From assembly GCF_009914755.1 (NCBI RefSeq), contig NC_060938.1: 64,000 bases of DNA. One strand, given 5' to 3'. The stretch's first letter is position 1, and every line of letters starts with the position of its first letter. Positions 59,873-64,000 of this stretch are shown here, in pieces. The position numbers and the translations under genes were made by a program. Source of the DNA: the human T2T-CHM13v2.0 reference genome, Homo sapiens. The notes under the pieces were generated by a model. The model saw only the letters and a list, made by a program, of their open reading frames with translations, ran no database searches and was not told the origin of the DNA.

Positions 59873-60268
59873 CAGATGCTTCTTAACTTACAATGAGGTT
59901 ATATCCCAATAAACCCATCATGAATAGGAATTATCATAAGCCAAAAGTGCATTTAAACACCTAACCTACCAAACATCATAATGTAGCCAAGCCTTACCTT
60001 AAACATGCTGAGAACACTTACATTAGCCTACGCTTAGACAGAATCATCTGGCAACACAGTACATTGTAGAGTATGGTGATCATATGGCTGAGTGGGAGCT
60101 GTGGCTCGCTGCTGCTGCCCAGCATCTTAAAAGAGTGTCATACTGCATATGACTAGCCATGGAAAAAGTCAAAATTCAAAGTATGGTTTCCACAGAATCA
60201 TATCTCTTTCACACTATTATAAAGTTGAAAAATTATAAGTCAAACCGTTGTAAGTCGGAGACCATCTG
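59873..60268. mobile_element. MER47-like TcMar-Tigger MITE
   Basis: Degenerate TIRs CAGATGCTTCTTAACTTACAATG / CGTTGTAAGTCGGAGACCATCTG followed by TA. Confidence 0.78.
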
Positions 60269-60447
60269 TACCCTCTAGGGTATCCTATACAGTTAGGATA
60301 TCTATATTTTCATGGTTATTTAATATAGGGATGGTAATCTTGATGTTTGATAGGTGTTTTTTTTCTATTGAAACAATGCATCTAAGGTCAGCAACTGAGC
60401 TTATTAATGTCTAAAAAGTAATATACCTGTTTTTCAAATACTCACAG

Positions 60448-60574
60448 GTATTATGGTCGAAAGATGCTGTTCTTCATGATGTGTCATCCTAACTTTGAAA
60501 AAATGCTTGAAAAGTATGTCCCATCTAAAGATTTGCCATATATTAAGGACTCTGTTAGAAACTTACAGCAAAAG
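60448..60574 (+). CDS. TOGARAM1: TOGARAM1 coding exon (likely exon 15), 127 nt, phase 2->0; end of TOG3
   Basis: ctcacag|G acceptor, AAG|gtatgt donor; (R)YYGRKMLFFMMCHPNFEKMLEKYVPSKDLPYIKDSVRNLQQK. Confidence 0.93.
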
Positions 60575-60934
60575 GTATGTGGGAAAAGTTTGTTTTATAA
60601 ACAGCTTTATAAGCAAAGCTTGTTTTTACATCCAGGTAAAGGATAGGAATAATTATTTATTTGATTATTTCTCTGTTAATCATTTGGACTATTGGACTAT
60701 ATCTGCAATAGCATTTCAACAATTACAATACTAAGTAGACATACATATTGTCAAGCCTTGGAAGTAAATGTTTATTGCACAGAAGCTTGATGTTTGGTAG
60801 AATATAGTTTGGCTTATTGGAGTTAACAAGACATGGGTTTGAATTGCAGCTCTAACAGTTAGCAACTGTGTAACTTACACATGCCTCTTCATTTCTCTAA
60901 CTAGAATTCTCACTTTATAAAATGAGGATAATAA

Positions 60935-61407
<473 letters not shown>

Positions 61408-61884
61408 TGAGTGACTGAGAGAATACCAAGTGAAATAAAATATGAAAAGTAATCTATTTACATATTAATTTAAAAATATGTTTAATTTAATAAAGTAAAA
61501 TTTTTCTATTGTAATTTATGTCATTTCTCTCTGATGACCTTGGGATAAGGACTCACTTGTGAAGGAATAATATTACAAAAATAATGTAGCAATAGACATT
61601 TTAGAGCATTTTTTTCTGCCCGTTGAGCCTGAAGGTTTCAGCTTAGTTCATATTAGAACTTATTAATATAACCATGCAAAAAAAAATAATCTGACTAAAA
61701 TGAAGCAGATTGCATCTGTGAGTCTTTCCAGTACAGGAAAAGTTTTAAATAGTTCTCATCAAAATGTTTATTCTCACACTCCTAATGTTGCATAGGAACA
61801 ACAGTGTTCAGTGTTTATGGACTGTGTTCATATATTCTACATAGATTTTAAGCTTTAAGAAGAGTAGTTACGAAATACAGCATA

Positions 61885-62182
61885 TTATTATTATTATTAT
61901 TATTATTTTGAAACAGAGTCATGCTCTGTCGCTCAGGCTGGAGTGCAGTGGCATGATCTTAGCTCACTGCAACCTCTGCCTCTGGGTTCAAGGAATTCTC
62001 CTGCCTCAGCCTCCCAAATAGCTAGGATTACACCACCATGCCCAGCTAGTTTTTGTGCTTTTAGTTGAGACAGGGTTTCCCCATGTTGGCCAGGCTGGTA
62101 TCAAACTCCTGACCTCAGATGATCCACCTGCCTCAGCCTCCCAAAGTGCTGGGATTACAGGTGTGAGCCACCACACCCAGCC
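61885..62182 (-). mobile_element. Alu with (TTA)n tail and TSD
   Basis: Flanked by aaatacagcatatta direct repeats. Confidence 0.88.
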
Positions 62183-62442
62183 CAAAATACAGCATATTAA
62201 TTTTTAGTTTTTAACTCGTTTTTACAAGTCAATATATATTTTCCCATTAGTCACGTATTTTGTTAATTTACTGCTAACTACAAGGTGTTTTATGTATCTC
62301 ATACTCTTTAAAGCATATCAGATTATTAAAATACTTTCCATCTTAAAAAATCAATGATGCCTACTTTGAAAATTACATTGTGTAAATTATTTCACTACTA
62401 GTTTTAAAATTTGTATTATACTAATTTTATATTTACTTGCAG

Positions 62443-62561
62443 GGTTTGGGGGAGATACCATTAGATACTCCTTCAGCAAAAGGAAGACGATCTCATACTG
62501 GCAGTGTTGGAAATACAAGATCATCATCTGTTTCTAGAGATGCTTTCAATTCAGCTGAAAG
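62443..62561 (+). CDS. TOGARAM1: TOGARAM1 coding exon (likely exon 16), 119 nt, phase 0->2
   Basis: ttacttgcag|GGT acceptor, AAG|gtaaga donor; GLGEIPLDTPSAKGRRSHTGSVGNTRSSSVSRDAFNSAE. Confidence 0.92.
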
Positions 62562-62944
62562 GTAAGATGATGTAATAGTCCTCATCAGAGAAATTACTCC
62601 CTTGTGATAGTAGTCTCATTTGGATGTTTTCATAAACTACCCCAGGGGTATTTGCCAAAATTTAATGGAGTTTTAAAAGTTTGCTTAGGATCCAGAAAGT
62701 GTGAGGTAATTAGATTTAATAAGGCAATTATATATTTACAGCAACTTGCTTTTATTTGCACTGGACATTAGCAATGCTTTAGTGTTATTGAACTGGTCGA
62801 TGTTAGGCCTATTTTGGACAACTCTGATTAATTTTTTAAAAATTTATAGCCTTTATTTTTCCCCCGATTGTAAAGTAATACATAATTATGGTTAAAGGGG
62901 AAAAAAAAACCTTTAGAAAATGAAAGCATTACAAGGATTTGGAA

Positions 62945-63100
62945 GGCCAGAAGTGGTGGCTTACACCTGTAATCCAAGCACTTTGGGAGGCTGAGGCAGG
63001 CAGAATTGTTTGAGCTCAGGAGTTCGAGATCAGCCTGGGCAACATGGCAAAACCCTGTCTCTACCAAAAAAATACAAAAATTAGCCGGGCCTGGTGGTTT
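62945..63100 (+). mobile_element. Alu left-arm fragment
   Basis: Stops just after the linker. Confidence 0.8.
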
Positions 63101-63109
63101 TTGTTACCT

Positions 63110-64000
<891 letters not shown>

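Overview
Human (primate) genomic DNA, AT-rich and dense in Alus. The + strand carries 15 consecutive internal coding exons that splice with GT-AG boundaries and consistent phases into one ORF. I recognise it as TOGARAM1 (FAM179B/crescerin-1; probably exons 2-16), covering the Ser/Pro-rich linker, TOG3 and the start of the TOG3-TOG4 linker. The intron after exon 7 holds a ~4.2 kb antisense HERV-W processed pseudogene (truncated pol, env, U3-R, poly(A), 20-bp TSD) mobilised by LINE-1. Other contents are a twin-primed inverted L1, a nested L2/L1/MLT1/THE1/MER52 stack, Tigger1, MER47, MADE1, MER58, MER5, CR1, MIRs and about 50 Alus. I found no CRISPR array, RNA gene or new multi-gene system. The most interesting unexplained signals are: a candidate poison exon next to a (UG)n tract; a strong in-frame host splice acceptor made by the HERV-W poly(A) tail; an ~89-bp copy of nearby unique DNA captured inside an Alu; and several other local templated duplications. 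Repeat subfamily calls and exon numbering come from recall of consensus sequences, not from database searches.
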